32,000 nt of DNA, from positions 3,420,001 to 3,452,000 of the forward strand of contig NC_014972.1 in assembly GCF_000186885.1 (NCBI RefSeq), read 5' to 3'. Shown piece after piece: positions 7,608-15,074 of this stretch (position 1 is the stretch's first letter; the number at the start of each line of letters is the position of its first letter). The stretch is from Desulfobulbus propionicus DSM 2032 (GTDB lineage Bacteria; Desulfobacterota; Desulfobulbia; Desulfobulbales; Desulfobulbaceae). The notes under the pieces are model-generated. The model saw only the letters and a list, made by a program, of their open reading frames with translations. It ran no database searches and was not told the DNA's origin. The position numbers were made by a program, and so were the translations under genes.

Positions 7608-9269
7608 ATGCACATGGAAGCAAAAACTGATCCCCAGCAGGAAACGATTCGATCCGTGTGGATGGTCAGCCGCGAATACGAAGGGCTGGCCGGTGCGGGC
7701 GGGGTCAAGGATGTCTGCCGACAGTTGGCGGAAACCTTGGTGACGCATGGCCACACCGACGTGCGGGTTGTCCTGCCCCGTTACGGTTTCATGGATGCCG
7801 TGGGCCTTGGATTTTCCCTCGTCGAACTCGATGGGAAAAAAGGGCACATTCTCGGTCGCCGCTATGCCCATGTCTTTGAAGTGGACATGAATTACGCCGC
7901 GGAAGAGCGACGGGAGACCGTGGCAATCTGGCAGCGACAACTCAACGGGGTCACGATCTTCCTGGTCGAGGCGGATCGTTTTGCCGCCAAACGGGGAGTA
8001 TACACCTATACCGAGGAGGATGAACAGGAAGTTGCCTGGCAACGCAAAGGCGGGGGACATTTTGACTATTTCGCCATGAACATTCTCCTCCAGAAGGCGG
8101 CGCTGGACCTGATGATTCTTCTCGACGCGCATCCCCAGGTAGTTCACTGCCAGGACGGGCACGCCGCCACCCTGCCCGCGATGTTGCGTGAACACAGTGG
8201 CTATCGCCACTATTTCCGTCGAACCGGTGCGGTGGTGACCATCCATAATGCCGGGCTGGGTTACCATCAGGACGTCGACGATCTTGCCTTTGCCCACGCC
8301 GTGACCGGCCTGCCAATGCGGGTGATCACCAAAGGACGGCTCGGCGGGAACTTCGACCCTTTCATAGCCGCCGCCGACTACGCCGTGCTCAACACGGTCA
8401 GTGAAAATTACGCCAGGGAACTGCAGCAAACTCCGGACGATGCCCGCACCGGCTGGCTCGGTCATGCCCTGCTCGAACGCGGCGTGACGCTTGCCGGCAT
8501 CACCAACGGCATCGATCCGTTCGCCTTTGATCCATCGAGGCCGGAACCGCTGGCACTAGCCGCTGGCTATGACATTCTGAACGGCGAGTTTTCCGGCAAG
8601 GCACACTGCAAGGCTGACCTGCTCGGCCGGATCGCCTCATGCGGTCCCTGGCAACAGGTCAAGCAGTTCGGCCTGCTCAGCGGGCCGGTGGAAGCTCCCC
8701 TCTGCACCTTCATCGGACGGTTGACCGCGCAAAAGGGGGTGGATATTCTTATTCAGGCCATCGGCCAACTGCTTCCCCAGGATGCGAGCTGTCAGTTCCT
8801 TTTGTTGGGCTCCGGGGCGCCCGAGTTTGAGCACCAACTGGAGCTGTTGGCGACGCAAGGCATCGGCCAGGGACGGGTCTGCTTTCTCAAGGGCTACGAT
8901 CCTGTTCTCGCCAACAGCGTCTATGCAGCCGGCGATTTTTTCCTCATCCCCTCCCGCTACGAACCCTGTGGCCTGACCGACTATATTGCCCAACTGCTTG
9001 GCAACCTGCCGATTGTCCATGGCGTTGGCGGCCTGGTCAAGGTCATCGACGGCGAAAACGGTTTTGCCTACAGCGGCAATACCGCCGCTTCCCTGGCGGC
9101 AACAATGATCCGGGCCTTGTCGCTGTACCATCGACAACCGGAACGTATTCGATCCATGCAGCGGCGGGCCGTCGAACGGATACATCGCCATCATACCTGG
9201 AAAACGGTCATGGACGACTATATCAGTCTTTACCGGCAAGCGATGCGGATGGGTTGCGGGGGCCAATGA
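7608..9269 (+). CDS. glgA: GT5-family glycogen/starch synthase homologue
   Basis: The N-terminal motif is VWMVSREYEGLAGAGGVKDV (compare VCSEMFPLLKTGGLADV in E. coli GlgA). The C-terminal motif is FLIPSRYEPCGLTDYIAQLLGNLPIVHGVGGL (compare PSRFEPCGLTQLY..YGT.P.V..TGGL). The ATG at 7608 abuts the aroK stop. The second ATG at 7614 has better spacing to AGGA (7601-7604) and may be the true start. Confidence 0.8.
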   Translation: MHMEAKTDPQQETIRSVWMVSREYEGLAGAGGVKDVCRQLAETLVTHGHTDVRVVLPRYGFMDAVGLGFSLVELDGKKGHILGRRYAHVFEVDMNYAAEERRETVAIWQRQLNGVTIFLVEADRFAAKRGVYTYTEEDEQEVAWQRKGGGHFDYFAMNILLQKAALDLMILLDAHPQVVHCQDGHAATLPAMLREHSGYRHYFRRTGAVVTIHNAGLGYHQDVDDLAFAHAVTGLPMRVITKGRLGGNFDPFIAAADYAVLNTVSENYARELQQTPDDARTGWLGHALLERGVTLAGITNGIDPFAFDPSRPEPLALAAGYDILNGEFSGKAHCKADLLGRIASCGPWQQVKQFGLLSGPVEAPLCTFIGRLTAQKGVDILIQAIGQLLPQDASCQFLLLGSGAPEFEHQLELLATQGIGQGRVCFLKGYDPVLANSVYAAGDFFLIPSRYEPCGLTDYIAQLLGNLPIVHGVGGLVKVIDGENGFAYSGNTAASLAATMIRALSLYHRQPERIRSMQRRAVERIHRHHTWKTVMDDYISLYRQAMRMGCGGQ

Positions 9270-9294
9270 CCCTCCGGCCCGCACTGGTCTTCTG

Positions 9295-10167
9295 ATGACA
9301 GCGGCGAAAAGCGGCAAGGACGACTGGTTCGGTAAGCGCCGGCATTATTTTGTCCGCCGATTGCTCGACCAGTCCCTCCACCTCATCCAGGACTTTCAAG
9401 CAGCATACTGTCGGTACAGTGCTTCATGCATCCGGGAGCGACCCGGGGAACAGCGAAACCTAGAGCCGAATGCGGCGCAAAGAGCAATACTGCACCACGT
9501 GGGCCGCATGGTGGGCACAGAAACCGGCAAGGGACCGTTGTGGCGGCTCAAGGACCACTGCCGCCAGCTCTGGCCGCGAAACGCCCCCCACCCCCCTGCC
9601 CAGGAAGCATGTATTGACTGGCTGATCGGCGCGCTTTTCCATGAAACGATGCGACTGCGGGACACCCTGTACGTGCTGGACAATGATGACCGGCTCCCCT
9701 GGAACGGCCGAACAGCAAGTCCCAACTCACCGAGAGACGGGCACCCCGGAAGTTTCCAGCAGCAGATAGAAAGGATCGCGGCTCTTTTCAGCCGGTTGCG
9801 GGACGAGTTGCGCCTGCTGATCCCGGATTTGCTGGCCAACCCGCTGGTCCTGCGCCTGCTGGCCGAACAGGAGGAGATCGTCGCCGATCTCTGGGGAGAA
9901 TCGCTGGAATCATTTTTCGATGACCTTTTCTCGGGGAACGCCGCCAGCGGTTTCTGCCTCATCGGCGCTAGCTACGCATCAGGACAATGGTTTAGCCAAG
10001 CCCTGACGATGTACGAACGGGCGCTGAACCGCGACCGGCAGTGCAACGAGGCCAGAATTCGTGTTGCCCATCTGCGGGCGATTGTGCGGGAAGAAGACGA
10101 AACAACGGAATGCGCCAGACAGGCAATCCGTAATTTTACAGAAGGAGTGAAAGGCCATGGCAATTAA
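9295..10167 (+). CDS. hypothetical protein (290 aa), no family recognised
   Basis: This long ORF shows a G/C-biased third codon position when read by eye. It is co-directional with glgA and gap, and its last 11 nt overlap the gap start. The C-terminal region (WFSQALTMYERALNRDRQCNEARIRVAHL) looks like a single TPR-like helix pair. The antisense ORF 9396..9962 has no motif. Confidence 0.5.
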   Translation: MTAAKSGKDDWFGKRRHYFVRRLLDQSLHLIQDFQAAYCRYSASCIRERPGEQRNLEPNAAQRAILHHVGRMVGTETGKGPLWRLKDHCRQLWPRNAPHPPAQEACIDWLIGALFHETMRLRDTLYVLDNDDRLPWNGRTASPNSPRDGHPGSFQQQIERIAALFSRLRDELRLLIPDLLANPLVLRLLAEQEEIVADLWGESLESFFDDLFSGNAASGFCLIGASYASGQWFSQALTMYERALNRDRQCNEARIRVAHLRAIVREEDETTECARQAIRNFTEGVKGHGN

Positions 10168-11161
10168 AGTAGGGATTAACGGATTCGGCAGGATTGGCAG
10201 GAATATTTTTCGCGCATTGGCCAAGGACCCGGCTTTCGCCGACATCGAAATCGTCGGCATCAATGATCTCACCGATGTGAAAACCATCGCCCATCTGGTG
10301 AAGTATGATTCCATCATGGGGCGCTCGGAACAGCAGATCGCTGTTGGCGAAAACAGCATTGTGGTCGATGGCAGGACCATCCCCATTACCAGCCACCGCA
10401 AACCCGGGGAAATTCCCTGGGCAAGCCTTGGCGCCGAATATGTCCTTGAGTGCACGGGGCTTTTTTGTGACATGGAATCAGCCAAGGCTCATATCGACGG
10501 AGGCGCGGCCAAAGTGATCATTTCGGCGCCAGCCAAGGGCGAGGTGAAAACCATCGTCATGGGCGTCAACGAACACGAATACGACCCCACCGTGCATCAT
10601 GTGGTGTCCAACGCCTCCTGCACCACCAACTGTTTGGCACCGGTGGCCCAGGTCATCCTCGATAATTTCGGGATCAAACGCGGCCTGATGACCACCGTGC
10701 ATTCCTACACCGGGGACCAGCGGCTGCTCGACTTCCCGCACTCCGACCTGCGTCGGGCCCGCGCCGCCGCCATGTCGATGGTTCCCACCAAGACCGGTGC
10801 CGCAGCTGCCGTGGCCTTGGTTATTCCCGAATTGAAAAACAAATTCGACGGACTGGCGGTCCGCGTTCCCACCCCGGATGTATCGCTGGTGGATGTGGTG
10901 ATCGAGGTCGAACGGGAAACCACCGTGCCGGAGGTCAACAAGGCGCTGGCTGCAGCCGCCAACCGCTATCTGGGCTATACCGAGGAACCGCTGGTTTCCA
11001 TCGATTTCCAGGGCGACCCCCACTCCTCGATCGTCGACGGCCTGTGCACCAAGGTGTTGGGCACCTCGGTCAAGGTGATGAGCTGGTACGACAACGAGTG
11101 GGGCTATTCCAATCGCATGCTGGACCTGGTGCTCCACATGGAGGCCAACAAGCCCCTGTAA
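10157..11161 (+). CDS. gap: type I glyceraldehyde-3-phosphate dehydrogenase
   Basis: The N-terminus MAIKVGINGFGRIGRNIFRA carries the NAD-binding motif. The active site is SNASCTTNCLAP. WYDNEWGYSNR lies near the C-terminus. A GGAG SD is present upstream. Confidence 0.95.
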   Translation: MAIKVGINGFGRIGRNIFRALAKDPAFADIEIVGINDLTDVKTIAHLVKYDSIMGRSEQQIAVGENSIVVDGRTIPITSHRKPGEIPWASLGAEYVLECTGLFCDMESAKAHIDGGAAKVIISAPAKGEVKTIVMGVNEHEYDPTVHHVVSNASCTTNCLAPVAQVILDNFGIKRGLMTTVHSYTGDQRLLDFPHSDLRRARAAAMSMVPTKTGAAAAVALVIPELKNKFDGLAVRVPTPDVSLVDVVIEVERETTVPEVNKALAAAANRYLGYTEEPLVSIDFQGDPHSSIVDGLCTKVLGTSVKVMSWYDNEWGYSNRMLDLVLHMEANKPL

Positions 11162-11241
11162 GCCGCGAGCAGGACGGTATCGGGCGAATGGCAGATGCCT
11201 CCCTCGGCACTCCTTTTTCCCGACCGCCGGACAATAGAAAA

Positions 11242-11289
11242 CGGGATGCCCCCCTGCCACATGCAGGGTGGACATCCCGCGCTTTTTTC
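11242..11289 (+). terminator. rho-independent terminator downstream of gap
   Basis: A GC-rich hairpin pairs CGGGATG-CCCCCCTGC (11242-11257) with GCAGGGTGGA-CATCCCG (11263-11279), with one mismatch and one bulge. It is followed by CGC and TTTTTT (11283-11288). Confidence 0.7.
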
Positions 11290-11316
11290 ACTTCCGCCTT
11301 GTCACCGGCGGAATGA

Positions 11317-11487
11317 TCAACCCTCGATATAGCCCTTGCCGTTGCAGGTGGGGCACTTTTGATCCGGCGTGCACACTTGGCCATCCGGCGTTTTTCCCTG
11401 CCACTCGCCGCTGGTTTCACACACCCCTTCAATAACCTTTTTTCCCATGCAGGTTGGACAGGTTTCCTTTTTTTTCTCTTCCGCCAT
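11317..11487 (-). CDS. unlisted small ORF (56 aa): zinc-ribbon protein with two DnaJ-type CxxCxGxG motifs
   Basis: My manual translation of the minus strand gives MAEEKKKETCPTCMGKKVIEGVCETSGEWQGKTPDGQVCTPDQKCPTCNGKGYIEG*. AGGAGG (11492-11497) lies 4 nt upstream of the ATG (11487-11485), and the TGA is at 11319-11317. The ORF is below the 60-aa track cutoff. It has six Cys, including CPTCMGKK and CPTCNGKG. Confidence 0.55.
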   Translation of the reverse strand: MAEEKKKETCPTCMGKKVIEGVCETSGEWQGKTPDGQVCTPDQKCPTCNGKGYIEG

Positions 11488-11571
11488 AATTCCTCCTTGC
11501 AGTTAAATGATAATTTTTATTATTTGATATAAATAAACAAAACAAAGAAGAAAACAAGAAAAAACAGCCGT

Positions 11572-11871
11572 TCACCCCAATTTATTTTCGACACTCCGCA
11601 CCTTGTCGTCCATGCTCTGCTCACGGTCGACCCGGGTGCCGAGCTTGATGGTCGTGGTGATGCGCGGCGCACCCATTTCGTGCACCCGTTCATGGCAGCG
11701 CTTGACCGCCGCCATGACCTCCTCCCATTCGCCCTCGATGTTGGTGCCGTAGGCGTGCAGTTGCGATTTCAGCCCGGCCTCCTGCAACACCCGGTGGCAC
11801 TCGGCCACATAGCGGGAAACGGACACGCCGACACCCAGTGGTACAAGACAAAGATCAAGAATCACATGCAT
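11572..11871 (-). CDS. MTH1187/YkoF-family (UPF0045, DUF77) thiamine-binding-type protein
   Basis: The 99-aa ORF reads MHVILDLCLVPLGVGVSVSRYVAECHRVLQEAGLKSQLHAYGTNIEGEWEEVMAAVKRCHE. This matches the family pattern (..v.P.G.g.S.s.yva.....l...gl......mgT.iEGe.dev...v...he). An AAGGAGG SD lies 5 nt upstream. Confidence 0.75.
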   Translation of the reverse strand: MHVILDLCLVPLGVGVSVSRYVAECHRVLQEAGLKSQLHAYGTNIEGEWEEVMAAVKRCHERVHEMGAPRITTTIKLGTRVDREQSMDDKVRSVENKLG

Positions 11872-11965
11872 ACGGTCCTCCTTGCGTTTCGGCGCTCTCT
11901 CGAAGCAGCGGTTTATGGAACGGCCGGGAAAGGAGCCCGCCGCGCCTGCGGCCGGTCGTTTCCCT

Positions 11966-11995
11966 TTGCCTCTTGTGCTGATTTTCCACTATGCT
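11966..11995 (+). promoter_or_regulatory. candidate sigma70-type promoter for the REC-pyruvate kinase gene
   Basis: TTGCCT (11966-11971) is followed by an 18-nt spacer and TATGCT (11990-11995), about 48 nt upstream of the ATG at 12043. This is a by-eye match only. Confidence 0.25.
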
Positions 11996-12042
11996 ACAGA
12001 CAATGAGCGAAGACAACCTGGAAATCCGCCCTGGAGGCTGCC

Positions 12043-13833
12043 ATGCGCATTCTTGTTCTCGAAGACTCCAAACCCTCCCAGCACCTGCTGCGCAGCCGCC
12101 TGGAGCAGGAGGGGTTCACCGTCGACACCGCCGACAACGGTCATCAGGGCTTTCAGCGGGCCACGGCCAATGCCTACGACGTCATTCTCAGTGACATCCA
12201 CATGCCCCACTGGGACGGGTTCAAGTTCATCGAGGCCATTCAGGTGGTCAGCCCGCACCTGCCCATCCTGATCATCACCTCCGCCCACGACGATCAGCAG
12301 ATGCTGGCACGCTTACAACGATATCCCAATGTTTTTGGGGTGTTGGCCAAGCCCTTCGATTTCACCGTCCTCTTCAAGCAATTGGCCAGCGTCCCCCGGC
12401 AGACCCATACCAGCGTCAACAAGAAGGCCAAGATCGTGTGCACCATCGGCCCGGCAAGCAACAGCCCCGAGATGCTGGGCAGGATGATCCTGGCCGGCAT
12501 GGATGTGGCCCGGCTCAATTTTTCCCACGGCAGCTACGAGGCCCACGAGACCACCCTGCTGGCGGTGCGCGAGGCGGAAAAGGTCTGGGAAAAGCCGATC
12601 GCCGTGCTCCAGGATCTGTGCGGTCCCAAGATCCGCACCGGACCAATGCGGGAAGGCGCCATTCAACTCCATGCCGGCGAAGTACTGATCGTGCAGAAGG
12701 AACCGGTGGAGGGCACGCCGGAACGGATCTCGACCATTGCCCCGGCTATCCTCGCCGATCTGCGCCTCGGCGATCCGGTGCTGCTCGACGATGGCCTGCT
12801 GGAGCTGCGGGTGGTCAAGGAGGGAACTGACGAGGTGCACTGCGAGGTGATCGTCGGCGGCACGCTCAAATCAAGCAAGGGCATCAATCTGCCCCTGACC
12901 GCCCTGTCCCTGCCCAGCGTCACCGAAAAGGACTGGCAGGACCTCGACTGGGGCCTCAACCATTCGATCGACTATGTGGCCCTCTCCTTTGTTCGCTCCG
13001 CCGAGGACGTGTGGCGGATCAAGAACTACATCAAGGCATCGGGCAAGCGCAATCTCAAGGTAGTGGCCAAGATCGAGAAACCGGAGGCGGTCCAGAACAT
13101 CCGCGAGATCGTCGAGGTGGCCGACGCCATCATGATCGCCCGCGGCGACATGGGGGTCGAACTGCCGGCGGCGCGGGTGCCCCGCATCCAGGAACGGATC
13201 ATCGAACTGTGCTGGGAATTGAACACGCCGGTGATCACCGCCACCCAGATGCTTGACTCCATGACCATCAATGCCCGGCCGACCCGCGCCGAGGTCACCG
13301 ATGTCAGCATGGCGATCAAGGAGGGCACCGACGCGGTGATGCTCTCCCAGGAGACGGCCACCGGCGTCGATCCCGTCAACGTGGTGCGCACCATGGCCTC
13401 GATCATCTGCGAGGAGGAGCGCTACGCCCACCCCAGCGCCGAACACTTCCGCGAGTTGGAAGCCGATACCGCCCGCTACCCCGCCCTGTCGGTGGTGGCT
13501 CACCTCGGCACCACCAGCGCCACCCTGCTGCTCGATCCGGACGGCACCCTCTACCCGATCCTGTCCAAATGGAACCGCAAGACGCCAACCCTGGTGGTGA
13601 CCAAATCGCTGCACGTGGCCCGGCACGCCAGCCTGTACAACAACATTTTCCCCTTGATCATCCGTGAGGAATTGGGCCGCACCGAGATGGTCTTCCGCTC
13701 GCTGGCCATGGCCCGTGAATGGGGCTACATCCATGCCGGCGAAACCGTGGCCGTGGTCGAGGGACCGCGGGTCACCCGCAGCGGCATCCGCCAGATGGCC
13801 GCGGTCCAGGTAATTCGGGTGGAGAAGGAGTGA
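12043..13833 (+). CDS. pyk: pyruvate kinase with an N-terminal response-regulator receiver (REC) domain
   Basis: Residues 1 to about 120 form a CheY-like domain: MRILVLEDS (E7, D8), VILSDIHMP (D51), ILIITS (T79/S80) and LAKPF (K103). From about residue 128 there is a complete PK: KIVCTIGPAS, ARLNFSHG, GPKIRTG, VVAKIEKPEAV, IMIARGDMGVE, ATQMLDSM and PTRAEVTDV, plus a C-terminal alpha/beta domain. A GGAGG SD lies 5 nt upstream. Confidence 0.9.
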   Translation: MRILVLEDSKPSQHLLRSRLEQEGFTVDTADNGHQGFQRATANAYDVILSDIHMPHWDGFKFIEAIQVVSPHLPILIITSAHDDQQMLARLQRYPNVFGVLAKPFDFTVLFKQLASVPRQTHTSVNKKAKIVCTIGPASNSPEMLGRMILAGMDVARLNFSHGSYEAHETTLLAVREAEKVWEKPIAVLQDLCGPKIRTGPMREGAIQLHAGEVLIVQKEPVEGTPERISTIAPAILADLRLGDPVLLDDGLLELRVVKEGTDEVHCEVIVGGTLKSSKGINLPLTALSLPSVTEKDWQDLDWGLNHSIDYVALSFVRSAEDVWRIKNYIKASGKRNLKVVAKIEKPEAVQNIREIVEVADAIMIARGDMGVELPAARVPRIQERIIELCWELNTPVITATQMLDSMTINARPTRAEVTDVSMAIKEGTDAVMLSQETATGVDPVNVVRTMASIICEEERYAHPSAEHFRELEADTARYPALSVVAHLGTTSATLLLDPDGTLYPILSKWNRKTPTLVVTKSLHVARHASLYNNIFPLIIREELGRTEMVFRSLAMAREWGYIHAGETVAVVEGPRVTRSGIRQMAAVQVIRVEKE

Positions 13834-13872
13834 GCTCACCCGTCCTTGTCCCTTTTTGTTCCCCCAGCGCAT

Positions 13873-13903
13873 AAAAAAAGCCGGATCATGGACTGATCCG
13901 GCT
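13873..13903 (-). terminator. rho-independent terminator for the minus-strand EF-hand membrane protein gene (it may also stop pyk transcription)
   Basis: A perfect 10-bp stem pairs AGCCGGATCA (13879-13888) with TGATCCGGCT (13894-13903) around a 5-nt loop. On the minus strand it is followed by TTTTTTT (13879-13873). It lies 25 nt past the stop at 13929-13931. Confidence 0.75.
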
Positions 13904-13928
13904 CGTTCGCGTCCTGCTGGCGACAGGA

Positions 13929-15023
13929 TTATTTGGCTGGGGGCTCCGCCTTCTTCTCCGGGGGGACCGCCTGCTCCGCCGCTGTCCCCTGTTCCGCTGC
14001 TCCCGGCTTTTCCGCCTTGTGCATCTGGCCGGTCAGCAGCGGCTTGATCTGCTGGCCGAGCTGCTGCATATACCCCTTGTTCCAGGCAAACGCCAAGACG
14101 ATGATCAGCACCAGGAGAACCACCCAACGCTTCCATGGGGTCTTCTTTTCGGCAAAGGGATCGGTCAGCATCCGTTCCGCGCCCCTGGGCAGCTCGGCCA
14201 TCTTGGTCAGGGTGGAACCGAAGGGGATGTTGATGCTCGCCTTGGTGTTGACGGCCCAGCCGTTGGCGTCGAGGATCGGTCCGAGGTTGCGCTGACGCAG
14301 TTTGAGGAAGGCGATCAGCATCGAGGGACCGGAGATGGCGAGGATGATGCCGCCGATGGCCAGGGGCATCTGCCACACCGGCAAGGCCATGAAACCGCCG
14401 ACAATCGAGGCGATGGCTGTGCCGATGGCTCCCAGGGCGAGACCGATGGCCGCAAAGATACCGGCGAACTTGCCGACATCGAAGGGTGCCGGTGGCTGGC
14501 CGCCGGCCGCTGCCTTGGCTCCGAAACCGGCGATGCCCGCACCCGCGCCGCTGTCCACCGCCTTGTCCTTGGCGGCGGCGAATTTTTCGATCTGTTCGCC
14601 GACCATGCGGGCGATGCGCTTGTACGGTGCCCAAAAGGCTTGGGACACGCTGATGGGATGATCGATCAGCTTGACGATGGTCGCATCCCAATCGTTGCCC
14701 TGGCAATCGTAAAAAACACCGTTGCGGCCGACCATCAGGTTGTCGGAGTCACCGCCGGTGAAGGCGGCGGCGATGAGCACCCGCTCGTCGCTGTTGCGCC
14801 GCCTGCAGTCGCAGTAGGCCAGGTAGGTCCGGCTGAGATTGGCCAGCGGGCTGTGGGCTTCGACGCTCTCCACCCGCACGCACAGCTCGCAGGCGCGGCC
14901 GTCGATATAAAGGGTTCCGGCCTGAAAAATAGCCTTGCGCCGCTGGCTGTAAAAATCGCGGAAGGCGACGAAGTTGTTGAGCAGCTGGTAGAGATCGCGG
15001 TTGAAATGGACCAGGCGGACCAC
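13929..15023 (-). CDS. C-terminal (membrane) part of a large EF-hand membrane protein, in the same frame as ORF 15075..16196 and separated from it by a single TAG
   Basis: The 364-aa ORF starts only at a GTG with no SD. It contains Gly/Ala-rich TM segments (FAGIFAAIGLALGAIGTAIASIVGGFMALPVWQMPLAIGGIILAISGPSMLIAFL) and a further TM helix (WVVLLVLIIVLAFAW). The tail is rich in Pro, Glu, Lys and Ala. See the findings for the in-frame stop. Confidence 0.6.
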   Translation of the reverse strand: MVRLVHFNRDLYQLLNNFVAFRDFYSQRRKAIFQAGTLYIDGRACELCVRVESVEAHSPLANLSRTYLAYCDCRRRNSDERVLIAAAFTGGDSDNLMVGRNGVFYDCQGNDWDATIVKLIDHPISVSQAFWAPYKRIARMVGEQIEKFAAAKDKAVDSGAGAGIAGFGAKAAAGGQPPAPFDVGKFAGIFAAIGLALGAIGTAIASIVGGFMALPVWQMPLAIGGIILAISGPSMLIAFLKLRQRNLGPILDANGWAVNTKASINIPFGSTLTKMAELPRGAERMLTDPFAEKKTPWKRWVVLLVLIIVLAFAWNKGYMQQLGQQIKPLLTGQMHKAEKPGAAEQGTAAEQAVPPEKKAEPPAK

Positions 15024-15074
15024 CTTGTCGATGGTCTCGACCTGATCGGTCAGCCGTAGATCCTGCTCGATGAG

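Noticed and set aside
11070-11432. A 120-aa minus-strand ORF overlapping the gap 3' end and the small zinc-finger ORF.
   Set aside because: It reads through the gap terminator hairpin and into gap antisense, and it has no SD. The 56-aa ORF in the other frame has a strong AGGAGG and a coherent Cys-motif product.
11872-12042. A TPP riboswitch upstream of the MTH1187/YkoF-family (thiamine-binding-type) gene.
   Set aside because: The minus-strand leader lacks the hallmark CTGAGA and ACCTGATCTGGATAATGCCAGCG-like elements. The region is better explained as a divergent promoter region shared with the pyk gene.
12871-14706. A 611-aa minus-strand ORF spanning the pyk 3' half, the convergent terminator and the EF-hand gene's C-terminal part.
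   Set aside because: It runs through a clear rho-independent terminator hairpin. It overlaps two well-supported genes, antisense to one and out of frame with the other. Its composition is Arg/Gly/Pro/His-rich and low in complexity.
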